A stretch of DNA of 24,735 bases from Thermoplasmatota archaeon (GCA_965234725.1 CBDDUX010000099.1:1-24735), one strand, 5' to 3'; numbered from the stretch's first letter, positions 1 through 8,507 are shown. Notes: generated from the sequence alone by a model not told the origin. Translations and numbers: made by a program.

Positions 1-223
1 TGACTGGCCATGAAATTAGAAATCCCCAGTCATTTATATACTCTTAAACTTGAGCCAGGGACCATTTGCTCCGATGAGTTAGCTTATGCTATGGTTTCTT
101 TTTATTAGATTTTCTGAAAAGGTGAAAAACCAAAAGAAAAGGAAATTCAGTATTTTCTTACCTCACGGTATATCATAAAATTTTAACAACAGTTGCTTTA
201 CAAAAAACTATCAGATCAAAATA

Positions 224-517
224 TCATAAATTCGAAAGCATCCTCTCAAATTCAATATCGAGGTCCTCCTCTATCTCCTCCAGGACCTCCTTTGCTTTTT
301 TCTTCTCCTGCCTCCTTTCCCTCTCGATCCTCTCGACCTCTGGGTCTATGACCTCCAGGGATGATATTCTCTTCAGGTCCTCCTCGATTGACCTTCTCTC
401 CTCTATCCTTTCGATATTGGCCTTCTGCATCATGGACCTGATATTGGATTGCAGGAGCTCCTTCCTTGCACTTTTAGGAATAGAATTCTGAGCCCTTGAG
501 GAGGTTGAGGGGGTCAT
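224..517 (-). CDS. Small acidic/charged helical hypothetical protein (97 aa), divergent member of the local small-protein family
   Basis: 3' part of ORF 224..730. Start moved to ATG 517 (MTPSTSS...) because a TATA-like TTATATAC lies at 544-551 on the minus strand; ATG 568 is an alternative. E/R/K-rich coiled-coil-like sequence ending EVLEEIEEDLDIEFERMLSNL. Confidence 0.7.
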   Translation of the reverse strand: MTPSTSSRAQNSIPKSARKELLQSNIRSMMQKANIERIEERRSIEEDLKRISSLEVIDPEVERIERERRQEKKKAKEVLEEIEEDLDIEFERMLSNL

Positions 518-698
518 AATAACTACAAGAGATTGGTCTGGATGTATATAAGGGGTTCTCTTTTCCATAAAAATTCTTTCAATTTTCAATGTATTGTCAT
601 GTGTATATATCCAAATATATGGCCATATTTTTCCGATCGGAAAGAAATGGTCATTTGAAAAAAAGGAAATATCAGCAGATGGATATACATATGGTCCG

Positions 699-983
699 AT
701 GGTCAAAGATGATGATATTGTTCTGAACACCTATGTCAGGTCCCGCCTTGGTATTGACCTCCCCCCAAAAGCACCACCCCTCTCATCTGCAAAGACGTTG
801 ACAGATGATACGGGTAGTCTTTCTTCAGAGAAGGGATCACTGTTCAGACTTGAAAGGGAGAGCAGAGATGAGGTCTATATGGAAGCAGTGCTTAAAGAGG
901 TGGGAGAGGACCTGGACCAGATGATAGACTGCATAGAGGAATATAAGAGGCTTATCTCCAAGGTCAAGAAGAGTGATAGCTGA
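699..983 (+). CDS. Small hypothetical protein (94 aa), paralog family member
   Basis: ATG 699 (MVKDDDIV...) lies within ORF 594..983, whose upstream extension is AT-rich promoter-like DNA. The C-terminal helix MEAVLKEVGEDLDQMIDCIEEYKRLISKVK aligns with the two downstream genes. Confidence 0.75.
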   Translation: MVKDDDIVLNTYVRSRLGIDLPPKAPPLSSAKTLTDDTGSLSSEKGSLFRLERESRDEVYMEAVLKEVGEDLDQMIDCIEEYKRLISKVKKSDS

Positions 984-1160
984 ACCTGGCTTCTATAATA
1001 ATCCTCATGGCAGGTCGTTTTTCCAATACTCCAAAAAGGAGATTTTCCTTGGCTCCCAATCTGTAGACTATAGGAACTTTTTTATACCCTTTGATCTGAA
1101 GGGTGATTTTCATGGATACCTTAAAATAACCTTGTCAACTTATTTTAATATGGGATCAAA

Positions 1161-1391
1161 ATGCCTGATGAGATGGATGAACTCCTGCAACAATTGGATT
1201 ATCTGGAAGGAAGGGTCAAGGTACCTTCCAAGGATCCATACAAGGAGGAGTTGAAGGATTCTCTTTCCATAGAAGAGGGAGAGAGGGACCTGGACTCCAT
1301 TGTAAAGGAATTCCATAAGGATCTTGAGGGAATGCTTGATTCCATCGGATCCTACAGAGAAACCCTCTCAAAGGTAAAAAGCAGTATGTGA
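1161..1391 (+). CDS. Small acidic hypothetical protein (76 aa), paralog family member
   Basis: Clean ATG..TGA ORF after AT-rich promoter-like DNA. MPDEMDELLQQLDYLEGRV and LDSIVKEFHKDLEGMLDSIGSY align with its neighbours. Confidence 0.8.
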   Translation: MPDEMDELLQQLDYLEGRVKVPSKDPYKEELKDSLSIEEGERDLDSIVKEFHKDLEGMLDSIGSYRETLSKVKSSM

Positions 1392-1431
1392 TCCTCCCCC
1401 GGGATCATGATCCCATAGATAGGTGGTCGAA

Positions 1432-1737
1432 ATGCCAGATGATATTGAATCATTGATACGAGAGGTGGATATCTACGAAGGAAAGATATTCAAAAGGAGA
1501 GCCACCGACCTCGAAAGGTTCGAAAGTCTCATCGGTGAAGAGGAGGTACTCAACTCCATAGGTGACCTGGAAACCCTTGAAGAGATCGCAAAGGACATTG
1601 ACTCCAACCTTGAAGGTCTGCTTGATTCCGTGGAGCAGTATGCAAAATTGAAGATCAAGAAGATGGAAGGCCCATCCACACCCCTTGAACCTGGTAGGAA
1701 GAGGATCATTAAAAGAAGAGTACAGACCAAGAATTGA
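1432..1737 (+). CDS. Small hypothetical protein (101 aa), paralog family member with basic C-terminal tail
   Basis: SD-like AGGTGG at 1421-1426 before ATG 1432. MPDDIESLIREVDIYEGKI and LEEIAKDIDSNLEGLLDSVEQY match the upstream paralog. Tail is GRKRIIKRRVQTKN. Confidence 0.8.
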   Translation: MPDDIESLIREVDIYEGKIFKRRATDLERFESLIGEEEVLNSIGDLETLEEIAKDIDSNLEGLLDSVEQYAKLKIKKMEGPSTPLEPGRKRIIKRRVQTKN

Positions 1738-1905
1738 TCGTACCATGGATAAACCTCACCAGTATGTAAGGGATAGTTTCAGACTCCTTATTTGTAAGAA
1801 AATTACAATTTGAATGAGTTCTTTTGAGGTTTTTATTGGACTAAATCGTAATTATGTTTAGGTATAACTCAGTATATCATTTCTCGACGAAAAATGACCT
1901 AAGGA

Positions 1906-1926
1906 GGAAGGAATAAAATTATATAA
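1906..1926 (+). promoter_or_regulatory. Putative archaeal BRE-TATA promoter of the TetR-RND operon
   Basis: Purine-rich GGAAGGAATAAAA followed by TTATATAA (1919-1926), upstream of ATG 1980. Confidence 0.55.
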
Positions 1927-1964
1927 CACATGTTAGTTAACTATTGTTATATTACAGATGTTAT
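1923..1964. promoter_or_regulatory. Triple tandem TetR operator, consensus ATAACAnnTGTTAT
   Basis: ATAACACATGTTAG (1923-1936), TTAACTATTGTTAT (1937-1950) and ATTACAGATGTTAT (1951-1964): three abutting imperfect palindromes overlapping the TATA box just upstream of a TetR gene. Confidence 0.75.
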
Positions 1965-1979
1965 GGAATGTGGAATGAC

Positions 1980-2606
1980 ATGCCGCCAAAAAAACAATTC
2001 TCAAGAAAGCAGGTATTGGAAGTAGCCTTCGAGATACTGAGATCGGAGGGAATGGAAGGGGTCACTGCAAGGAATATTGCACAAAAAATGGGTTCATCCG
2101 TAGGACCCATTTATACCGAATTCGAAAATATAGAAGATGTCCAGCTTGCAGCCCTGCAAAAAGCCCGCGTTCTGATGGAGGATTACAGCAGGAGAGACTG
2201 GTCTGATATACCATTCTTGAACATGGGAGTGGGTTTTGTTTGTTTTGCCAGGGATGAACCGATCCTGTTCAACATTTGCTGCAAGAGCGGTCCTATTGAG
2301 ACTGTGAATCACGAAAATCAACATGAGACACTTGAAAGGATGAGGGAAGGTGATAAGCTCAAAGGATTCTCCGATGAAGAATTGAGGTCCATTTTCAATA
2401 AAATGTCGATTTTTGCATACGGCATGGCGGCACTCGCTAGCCAGGGGAACATGGCTGATGATTCAACAGAGAACATCAAGAAGATCTTATTGGAAGCGGG
2501 TGGGGACATCATCTTCATGACCAATGTAAGGTCCGTGTTAAATGATCCAAAATGTACAAAGGAAAGGTTGAACAAGCTCTGGGGGGACCTTGATGTCAAA
2601 TGCTAG
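1980..2606 (+). CDS. TetR/AcrR family transcriptional regulator
   Basis: N-terminal HTH MPPKKQFSRKQVLEVAFEILRSEGMEGVTARNIAQKMGSSVGPIYTEFENIEDV. Start set at ATG 1980 because the longer ORF start falls inside the operator. Confidence 0.93.
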   Translation: MPPKKQFSRKQVLEVAFEILRSEGMEGVTARNIAQKMGSSVGPIYTEFENIEDVQLAALQKARVLMEDYSRRDWSDIPFLNMGVGFVCFARDEPILFNICCKSGPIETVNHENQHETLERMREGDKLKGFSDEELRSIFNKMSIFAYGMAALASQGNMADDSTENIKKILLEAGGDIIFMTNVRSVLNDPKCTKERLNKLWGDLDVKC

Positions 2607-5166
2607 AAATGGAAAGGATCTTATCGATGTATTCTGGAAGAGGACAGGGGCTATTTTCGAGAAAAGAAGCCCTCTGATAGTGGTCCTGACAATTGTTATC
2701 AGTCTGGTCCTTTTGATCCCACTCGGTCTGATGGCCCCAAACGATAGGGTTACCGGGAATCCGGAAGATGAGGTTTTCGACCTTTCTGAAAAGATAGAGG
2801 ACAGGATGCCGGAAGCCTACAAGTACACAGGTTTCATAGTTGAAGCAAAGGACGGAGATATCCTATCACAGAAGGAGCTTTATGAACTCTACCTGAACGA
2901 GGAGAGGCTCCGGAATTCGGATATAGGCCAGAAATACCTGATCAACAGATACGATGTCGAGATCGGAACGTGGATACCAGGTATCTATTCCATTGCTGAC
3001 GAGGTAAACAGGATATTGATAGAGAATATGGACTCTTCTCTTGAAAATGCCACGGATGAAATGGTGAAATTCGCTGCTCACCTTATGATCTCATCACCAG
3101 AAGGAAACGAATTCATGAACACGATGTCGGAAAAAGCGACAAGTACACCTGGTAACTTTCAAGGTATTGATATCAATATTTGGACATCGGAAGCCCTACT
3201 TCTGGAGACCTTTTCGGATAATCTCAGGATACTTGAGGAATACTCTTCAACCCTTGAGGGGAACAATGATGACATTGTTGTAAAGGAATATTATGATAGA
3301 GAGCTTCAGAAGATCCTCCGTGGCAATCAGGAATCCTACAGACTTTGGGGAATCGCTATAGACGTATCTCTTGAGGCTGAGGAGGAAGGGATGACCTCAT
3401 TCACTCTGATCTTCGCCGCTGTTGTAATGATAGTGATCCTGATAACAGTGCTTTTCAGATCAGCAAGGATTTCACTTCTAACTACATTAGGACTCGGTCT
3501 CATGCTTTGGTGGTGGAAGGCAGTCTCAAATCTTGTAGGTATCAAAGCTTCACTTACTGTTGATATTCTCGTTCCCGTTTCAATGATGGTTTTGGGAGTG
3601 GATTACCTTATCCATGCAATGCATAGATATAACGAAGAGAGGGGGGATTCCAAGGAACCCAGAAAGGCAATTGGTTTGAGCATTGCTGGAGTGGGGAGTG
3701 CCCTTTTCCTGGCAATGGTGACAACCGTGGTGGCTTTCTCATCGAATATGATCTCCGAGATAGATGAGATAAGGGGTTTCGGCATATCAGCGTCCATATC
3801 CATAGTCTCAGCTTTCTGGATCATGGGATTCTTCATTCCAGCTGTCACGATGCTGATAGACCAGAGGAGATTCAGCAAAGGAAAGAATATAGGTGGAAGG
3901 GCCAAAAATGGAAAAGGTTCCGCAATTCTGGGAGGCGTGGTCTTAAAGGTGGCAAGGGCAAGATATCTGGTCGTTCCGGTTATCCTTATGATCTCAATAG
4001 GAGCCGGTTTCCTTGCAACACAGCTTGAAGCAAAATTGGATGTGAAGGAATATTTTGACCCAAATTCTGATTTCGTAGTATCTCTGGACAAATTATCCGA
4101 CCATGTCCAGGAACGAGGTGGAGAACCGGTAATCATCTACATGGAAGGTGATATTGAAGACCCTCAGGTAATTGGATCGATCATCCAACTGGAAAAGGAG
4201 TTCGAGGATAATGAGAACATTGCCAGGGATCCAATTACTGGAGAGGTACAGATATACATGCATATACTCAGACCATTCAAATATATGTTCAACAACCCAT
4301 ATTCATTGAATGCAACGATCCAAGGATCTGGGATCGAGATCACAGATATCAATAACGATTCCATTCCTGACACAAGGGAGCAGTTGAGAGGAACCCTTTG
4401 GTATATGTATGAAAATGGACTCCCTTACAATCAAACTCTCATGACATATGAAAAGGAACAGATTGGACAATTCCTATGGATCTCTGATGATGGAAGCAAT
4501 TATGCAACCGTTGTAATGATCGGTATTCAGGATACGAGGGAGATCGATTCCGTCAGAGAGGGAGAGAAAGAGCTTGAACATGATAGCAAGGTCCTGAAGG
4601 GAGCAGAGGGTATCGACAGTTATGGAATGACAGGCTCAGCCCTGCAAAGGGAGAGGCAATTGACTGCGATCACAGATTCTCTGACCTTGTCCATAGGTGT
4701 CGCAATAATCCTATGTTTCATAGTTCTTGTTGTACTTTTCAGATCTGTCAAATATGCGATCGTGACCGTAATTCCCGAGATCCTTGTTGCTGCATGGCTC
4801 TATGCTCTGATGTTCATTCTGGGATATCATCTGAACGCAGTTACAGCAACGATCGCAGCAATATCAATAGGAGTTGGCATCGACTATTCGGTCCATGTCA
4901 CCGCCAGGTTCAGAGAGGAACTTGGAAAGAAAGGAAACAGGGAAAAAGCTTTGGAAGAAGCGGCCTCTCATTCAGGAGTTGCACTCTTTGGATCAGCTGC
5001 ATCTACCATGGTGGGATTCGCAATAATCGCCTTTGCCCCGATGCCTATGTTCTCCTCCTTCGGCATACTAACTACGCTGATGATACTGATGGCTTTGATC
5101 GCTTCACTACTGGTTCTTCCCTCATTCTTGCTCCTTGTGACAAAAAATGAGATTACAACCCCATGA
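2593..5166 (+). CDS. RND superfamily / MMPL family exporter (HAE3-like)
   Basis: Duplicated 1+5 TM architecture with two large extracytoplasmic loops. TM4/TM10 motifs LGVDYLIHAMHRYNEE and GVGIDYSVHVTARFREE. GGGGGG SD at 2581-2586 before ATG 2593. Overlaps the TetR stop. Confidence 0.93.
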   Translation: MSNARNGKDLIDVFWKRTGAIFEKRSPLIVVLTIVISLVLLIPLGLMAPNDRVTGNPEDEVFDLSEKIEDRMPEAYKYTGFIVEAKDGDILSQKELYELYLNEERLRNSDIGQKYLINRYDVEIGTWIPGIYSIADEVNRILIENMDSSLENATDEMVKFAAHLMISSPEGNEFMNTMSEKATSTPGNFQGIDINIWTSEALLLETFSDNLRILEEYSSTLEGNNDDIVVKEYYDRELQKILRGNQESYRLWGIAIDVSLEAEEEGMTSFTLIFAAVVMIVILITVLFRSARISLLTTLGLGLMLWWWKAVSNLVGIKASLTVDILVPVSMMVLGVDYLIHAMHRYNEERGDSKEPRKAIGLSIAGVGSALFLAMVTTVVAFSSNMISEIDEIRGFGISASISIVSAFWIMGFFIPAVTMLIDQRRFSKGKNIGGRAKNGKGSAILGGVVLKVARARYLVVPVILMISIGAGFLATQLEAKLDVKEYFDPNSDFVVSLDKLSDHVQERGGEPVIIYMEGDIEDPQVIGSIIQLEKEFEDNENIARDPITGEVQIYMHILRPFKYMFNNPYSLNATIQGSGIEITDINNDSIPDTREQLRGTLWYMYENGLPYNQTLMTYEKEQIGQFLWISDDGSNYATVVMIGIQDTREIDSVREGEKELEHDSKVLKGAEGIDSYGMTGSALQRERQLTAITDSLTLSIGVAIILCFIVLVVLFRSVKYAIVTVIPEILVAAWLYALMFILGYHLNAVTATIAAISIGVGIDYSVHVTARFREELGKKGNREKALEEAASHSGVALFGSAASTMVGFAIIAFAPMPMFSSFGILTTLMILMALIASLLVLPSFLLLVTKNEITTP

Positions 5167-5176
5167 TTCCAAAGGA

Positions 5177-7498
5177 TTACTCCTCCTCGAATCCGGGTGG
5201 GGGAGCTAGAACACGAGGTCCATCTGTTCCAGGAGGTTCAAGGATCCTTGGACCACCCGAACCATGTTCTGGCATGTATGGAAGGATCTCCTCATCCTCT
5301 ATTATATCCGATCGGTCACTTTGATCCTCTTCTTCAACAGGGATCTCATCAAACCATTCTCCAATGTCCAGATCGGGTCCTTCCTCCCTATCAACAGTAT
5401 CATAAGCCTCTGATCCGGGATCATCCAACTGATCGATCCCCTTGCCTCTTGCAGCAGGCATTGGAATGGGAGCCCTTGGCTCCAATTTATCAGTTGGTTT
5501 TGTTGTCTTCTTCTTCAATATGTTCACAAGAAAAATGATAAGGATGATGATAATGAAGAAAGAACCACAACAAACACCGATCATTTCCTGATCACCATTT
5601 GGGTCACTTTCGGAACCAGATCCACTCGAGGGATAACTACCGCCGGATTGATCTCCAGTGACATGAAGAAGGAACTGTCTGGTAAAGGAGTTACCCTCTT
5701 TGTCATATACTGTTACAGATACCGTCTGATGGATCGGAAATAATGGAGTGAAATATATACGGTCCGTGTTGGAGATCACAGGAGAGTCCTTCCATTCAAC
5801 ATAGGTAACACCTATATTGTCATTGTATACGATGTTCAACTCGAAAGGTTCACCGACCGATCCGTTCTGGTCCTCAATTATCTGTATGTAAGGGGGATCG
5901 TTGTCAACGATATCCTTCTGTTGTAGGCTCGTATTTAAAAAATTTCCCGAGGTATCTTCCACCGAGAACCAATAATCCAGGTATCCATCATAGTCATATG
6001 GAAGGTCCAAGGTGATCTCATATCCCGAACCTGTATCATAGACCCACATGATCTTTACAGGTGAGGTCTCACCGAATCGATAAAAGAATGTGACGTCCGA
6101 GACATTCCAATTATCCTTTGCATCTACTTTGATCATGAAAGGATCACCGGTGGTAGGTTCAACCGTTTCGGATATGATCTCAATTGAAGGAGGAACGACA
6201 TCAAGGATCCTCAAAGTGGTCTCATTAGTGGCATTATGATTACCGGCCCTATCCATGATTTTCCAATTGTATGTGATATTCCTAGCTGAAGGATCAATGA
6301 GCAAAGTATACGACCATCCAATAACATCCACCTCGAACACTGAGGAATTGTCAAACCTGTAACAAAACCTTGCCAAGTCCATAGGACCATTATCGGTCAC
6401 ATTGACATTGAATGTGAGATTTTTTCCAGTCCGAGGCACTCCGGAAACCCAGTTGTCCAGGATCCTCGGAGGAGTGTTATCGATGATCATCACGGTCCTG
6501 AAATCCGATGTCGTAAAAGTGTTTCCATAGATGTCTTCGAGACGTACGGAATAATGGATAGGTCTGATATCATTACCCACTTCAATAGAACCAGTGAACT
6601 TTAGACCTTCTGTAATCTCAAGAGTTACATTATTGGCCTCTTCGGTGCCTCTCCAGTACAATATATCAACCTCCTTCAAACCGCTTTCATCCCACCCTTC
6701 GATCTCGAATTCCAAGATCTCCCCCTCCAAAACAGAAGAGGTCGTGTTGTCATAGAGGAGGATAGGGGGGTCATATTCGATCGTCGATACTGAGAAGAGA
6801 CCGGTGCTGTTCCAGTTTCCGGCTGAATCGCAAGTCACTATCCTGAAACTGGCATTGGATATCGTATTGTTAAGACTGACATTTCTTGAATAGTATTCTC
6901 CATAGGTATCACCTCCATCATGGACCATCGATCTGTTGAAAAGGATCGAATCATTAGAATCCCTGAACTCGAGGATCACCCGGTTCAATTCGTTCAACTC
7001 ATGAACAGCTACAGAGATGGTATAGTTCATTCTAAAAACCATCTCCTCAGGATAGCTCAGGACCTCCGCCCATGGTCCTACATGATCCTTGGGCATGATC
7101 GGTCCAATATATTGGGACCTGTTGATATCCGTTTCAGCTGCAACCCAGTATTTCCAGTCATACCTCACCATCTTGTGGGTATATGTCTGTTCAGGGTCCT
7201 TGATTAGATCCGCCGTATGCGGATTTCCATAGTCATCCTCATAATAAACGTGATATCCCCTCCATTCAGTCCAATCGCCCCAATTCAATGGAGGATCCCA
7301 TCTGAGGGTGATCCTGTGGGCTTCTTCCGTATACCGAAGAGTGCGAGGGGAGGAGGGGGGATCCTCTCCGAGCCTGGAAGGTGATTCCTGATCATCATAT
7401 CCGATGTCCACCCCATCAACGGAAATGGATCGTGACAAGAGTGAGATGATCAGAAGCAGGATCATCATTAGATTGCAGGATCTTCCCCATTCACCCAT
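5177..7498 (-). CDS. Membrane-anchored surface protein: signal peptide, FN3 domain, ~5 tandem Ig-like repeats, C-terminal TM, acidic Pro-rich tail
   Basis: Hydrophobic N-terminus. FN3 signature PPSSPRTL...ITLRWDPP...GYHVYY...YWVAAE. Repeats open with DxxPP-like motifs (DHVGP, EYDPP, DNTPP, DVVPP, DNDPP) and close with DxxGN (DSAGN, DIYGN, DRAGN, DTSGN, DKEGN). TM FFIIIILIIFLVNIL followed by KKK. Confidence 0.88.
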   Translation of the reverse strand: MGEWGRSCNLMMILLLIISLLSRSISVDGVDIGYDDQESPSRLGEDPPSSPRTLRYTEEAHRITLRWDPPLNWGDWTEWRGYHVYYEDDYGNPHTADLIKDPEQTYTHKMVRYDWKYWVAAETDINRSQYIGPIMPKDHVGPWAEVLSYPEEMVFRMNYTISVAVHELNELNRVILEFRDSNDSILFNRSMVHDGGDTYGEYYSRNVSLNNTISNASFRIVTCDSAGNWNSTGLFSVSTIEYDPPILLYDNTTSSVLEGEILEFEIEGWDESGLKEVDILYWRGTEEANNVTLEITEGLKFTGSIEVGNDIRPIHYSVRLEDIYGNTFTTSDFRTVMIIDNTPPRILDNWVSGVPRTGKNLTFNVNVTDNGPMDLARFCYRFDNSSVFEVDVIGWSYTLLIDPSARNITYNWKIMDRAGNHNATNETTLRILDVVPPSIEIISETVEPTTGDPFMIKVDAKDNWNVSDVTFFYRFGETSPVKIMWVYDTGSGYEITLDLPYDYDGYLDYWFSVEDTSGNFLNTSLQQKDIVDNDPPYIQIIEDQNGSVGEPFELNIVYNDNIGVTYVEWKDSPVISNTDRIYFTPLFPIHQTVSVTVYDKEGNSFTRQFLLHVTGDQSGGSYPSSGSGSESDPNGDQEMIGVCCGSFFIIIILIIFLVNILKKKTTKPTDKLEPRAPIPMPAARGKGIDQLDDPGSEAYDTVDREEGPDLDIGEWFDEIPVEEEDQSDRSDIIEDEEILPYMPEHGSGGPRILEPPGTDGPRVLAPPPGFEEE

Positions 7499-7696
7499 AG
7501 TGGTCCATCAAGACCTGAATAGATAAAACCTGTCGTCAAGCGTCAATTCTTATCTCATACGAAGATTGATCCGACATCATCATTTCAAAATATTTAGATT
7601 ACAGTATCATAATTTATTCTGTTATTAAGGCATAATTTTGGGACTTCTACGGGACATCCCCCATAATTATTAAATAATATAGTTACAAACATATAG

Positions 7697-7725
7697 ACTG
7701 ACCGTCGGTCAGTGACCATCGGTCG
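7697..7725. promoter_or_regulatory. Tandem TetR operator (GACC-N3-GGTC core)
   Basis: Perfect inverted repeat ACTGACCG-T-CGGTCAGT (7697-7713), plus a second copy TGACCATCGGTCG (7713-7725) offset by 14 bp, directly upstream of a TetR gene. Confidence 0.8.
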
Positions 7726-7739
7726 GCGAAGTGATCAAG

Positions 7740-8381
7740 ATGGCACACATCGTTAAAGAATATGACGAGAGAAGGAAGGAGATAATCGAGACATCCGCAT
7801 CGCTTTTCTCGGAATACGGATACGATGAGACCTCCATCAGTATGATCATTGAAAGGATCGGCATTGCAAAAGGGACCTTCTATCATTATTTCAACTCAAA
7901 GGACGAGGTCCTGGAAGTTATTGTGGATCTCATGGTGGAGAAGGTCGGAAATGGCATTGATGAGATCAGTATGAAGGTAGATCTGACCGCCCTTGAGAAG
8001 TTGGGTGAAGCAAGCAAGTATTTCCGAACCATTGCAATCGGATGGGAAAGGCTCTCGGATTTCCTCCACGAGGATAGGAATGCCCATTGGCACCTGAAAT
8101 TGGAAAAGAAACTCCTTCCTATTGTCTATGATTCCTATGAGAATATCATCAGACAGGGTATCGATGAAAAGGTTTTCAATGTCACATATCCTAGAGAAAC
8201 TGCTATTGCCATCCTGGGTGCCACGAATGCCCTAACAGGAAGAGACCATGATCATGCCAACAGAAGGTCCTACGATCAGGATTTTCTGAAAGCCACAATA
8301 GAGATCAATGAGAGGCTCTTGGGAACAAGACCGGGCCTACTCCTTGAATTGTATGTGCATGCAATGGGGGAGTTGAAATGA
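7740..8381 (+). CDS. TetR/AcrR family transcriptional regulator
   Basis: HTH ERRKEIIETSASLFSEYGYDETSISMIIERIGIAKGTFYHYFNSKDEVL and C-terminal IIRQGIDEKVF motif. SD-like AGTGAT before ATG 7740; GTG 7731 is an alternative start. Confidence 0.95.
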   Translation: MAHIVKEYDERRKEIIETSASLFSEYGYDETSISMIIERIGIAKGTFYHYFNSKDEVLEVIVDLMVEKVGNGIDEISMKVDLTALEKLGEASKYFRTIAIGWERLSDFLHEDRNAHWHLKLEKKLLPIVYDSYENIIRQGIDEKVFNVTYPRETAIAILGATNALTGRDHDHANRRSYDQDFLKATIEINERLLGTRPGLLLELYVHAMGELK

Positions 8382-8506
8382 TCTCCGATATTACTCTTAA
8401 AAATGGATCTAATCTTAAAAATTCATTTTATGAATTGAAATCGACTTATATGATGTCTTCAACTGAGAATACTGACGACATGGTTGAAAGGAAAAGGAGG
8501 AATTGA
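8378..8506 (+). CDS. Putative 42-aa small ORF coupled between TetR and the ABC ATPase
   Basis: ATG overlaps the TetR stop (ATGA) and follows a GGGGGAG SD. Reads MISDITLKNGSNLKNSFYELKSTYMMSSTENTDDMVERKRRN. Stop lies 1 nt before the ABC ATG. Too short for the ORF track. Confidence 0.4.
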   Translation: MISDITLKNGSNLKNSFYELKSTYMMSSTENTDDMVERKRRN

Positions 8507-8507
8507 A

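Noticed and set aside
70..120. Possible C/D box sRNA (CGATGA ... CTGA)
   Set aside because: The C box is imperfect, and there are no convincing D'/C' boxes or terminal stem.
224..280. DIEFERMLSNL as an ESCRT-III MIM1 motif
   Set aside because: It lacks the conserved Arg-Leu spacing and terminal basic residue, the protein is too short for a Snf7 core, and no Vps4 is in view.
973..1254. 93-aa plus-strand ORF
   Set aside because: It spans AT-rich promoter/terminator-like DNA and overlaps the better supported 1161-1391 gene in another frame.
699..1737. Small acidic proteins as Pup/UBact-like modifiers
   Set aside because: They have similar acidic helices, but none ends in GGE/GGQ and no ligase or proteasome genes are in the window.
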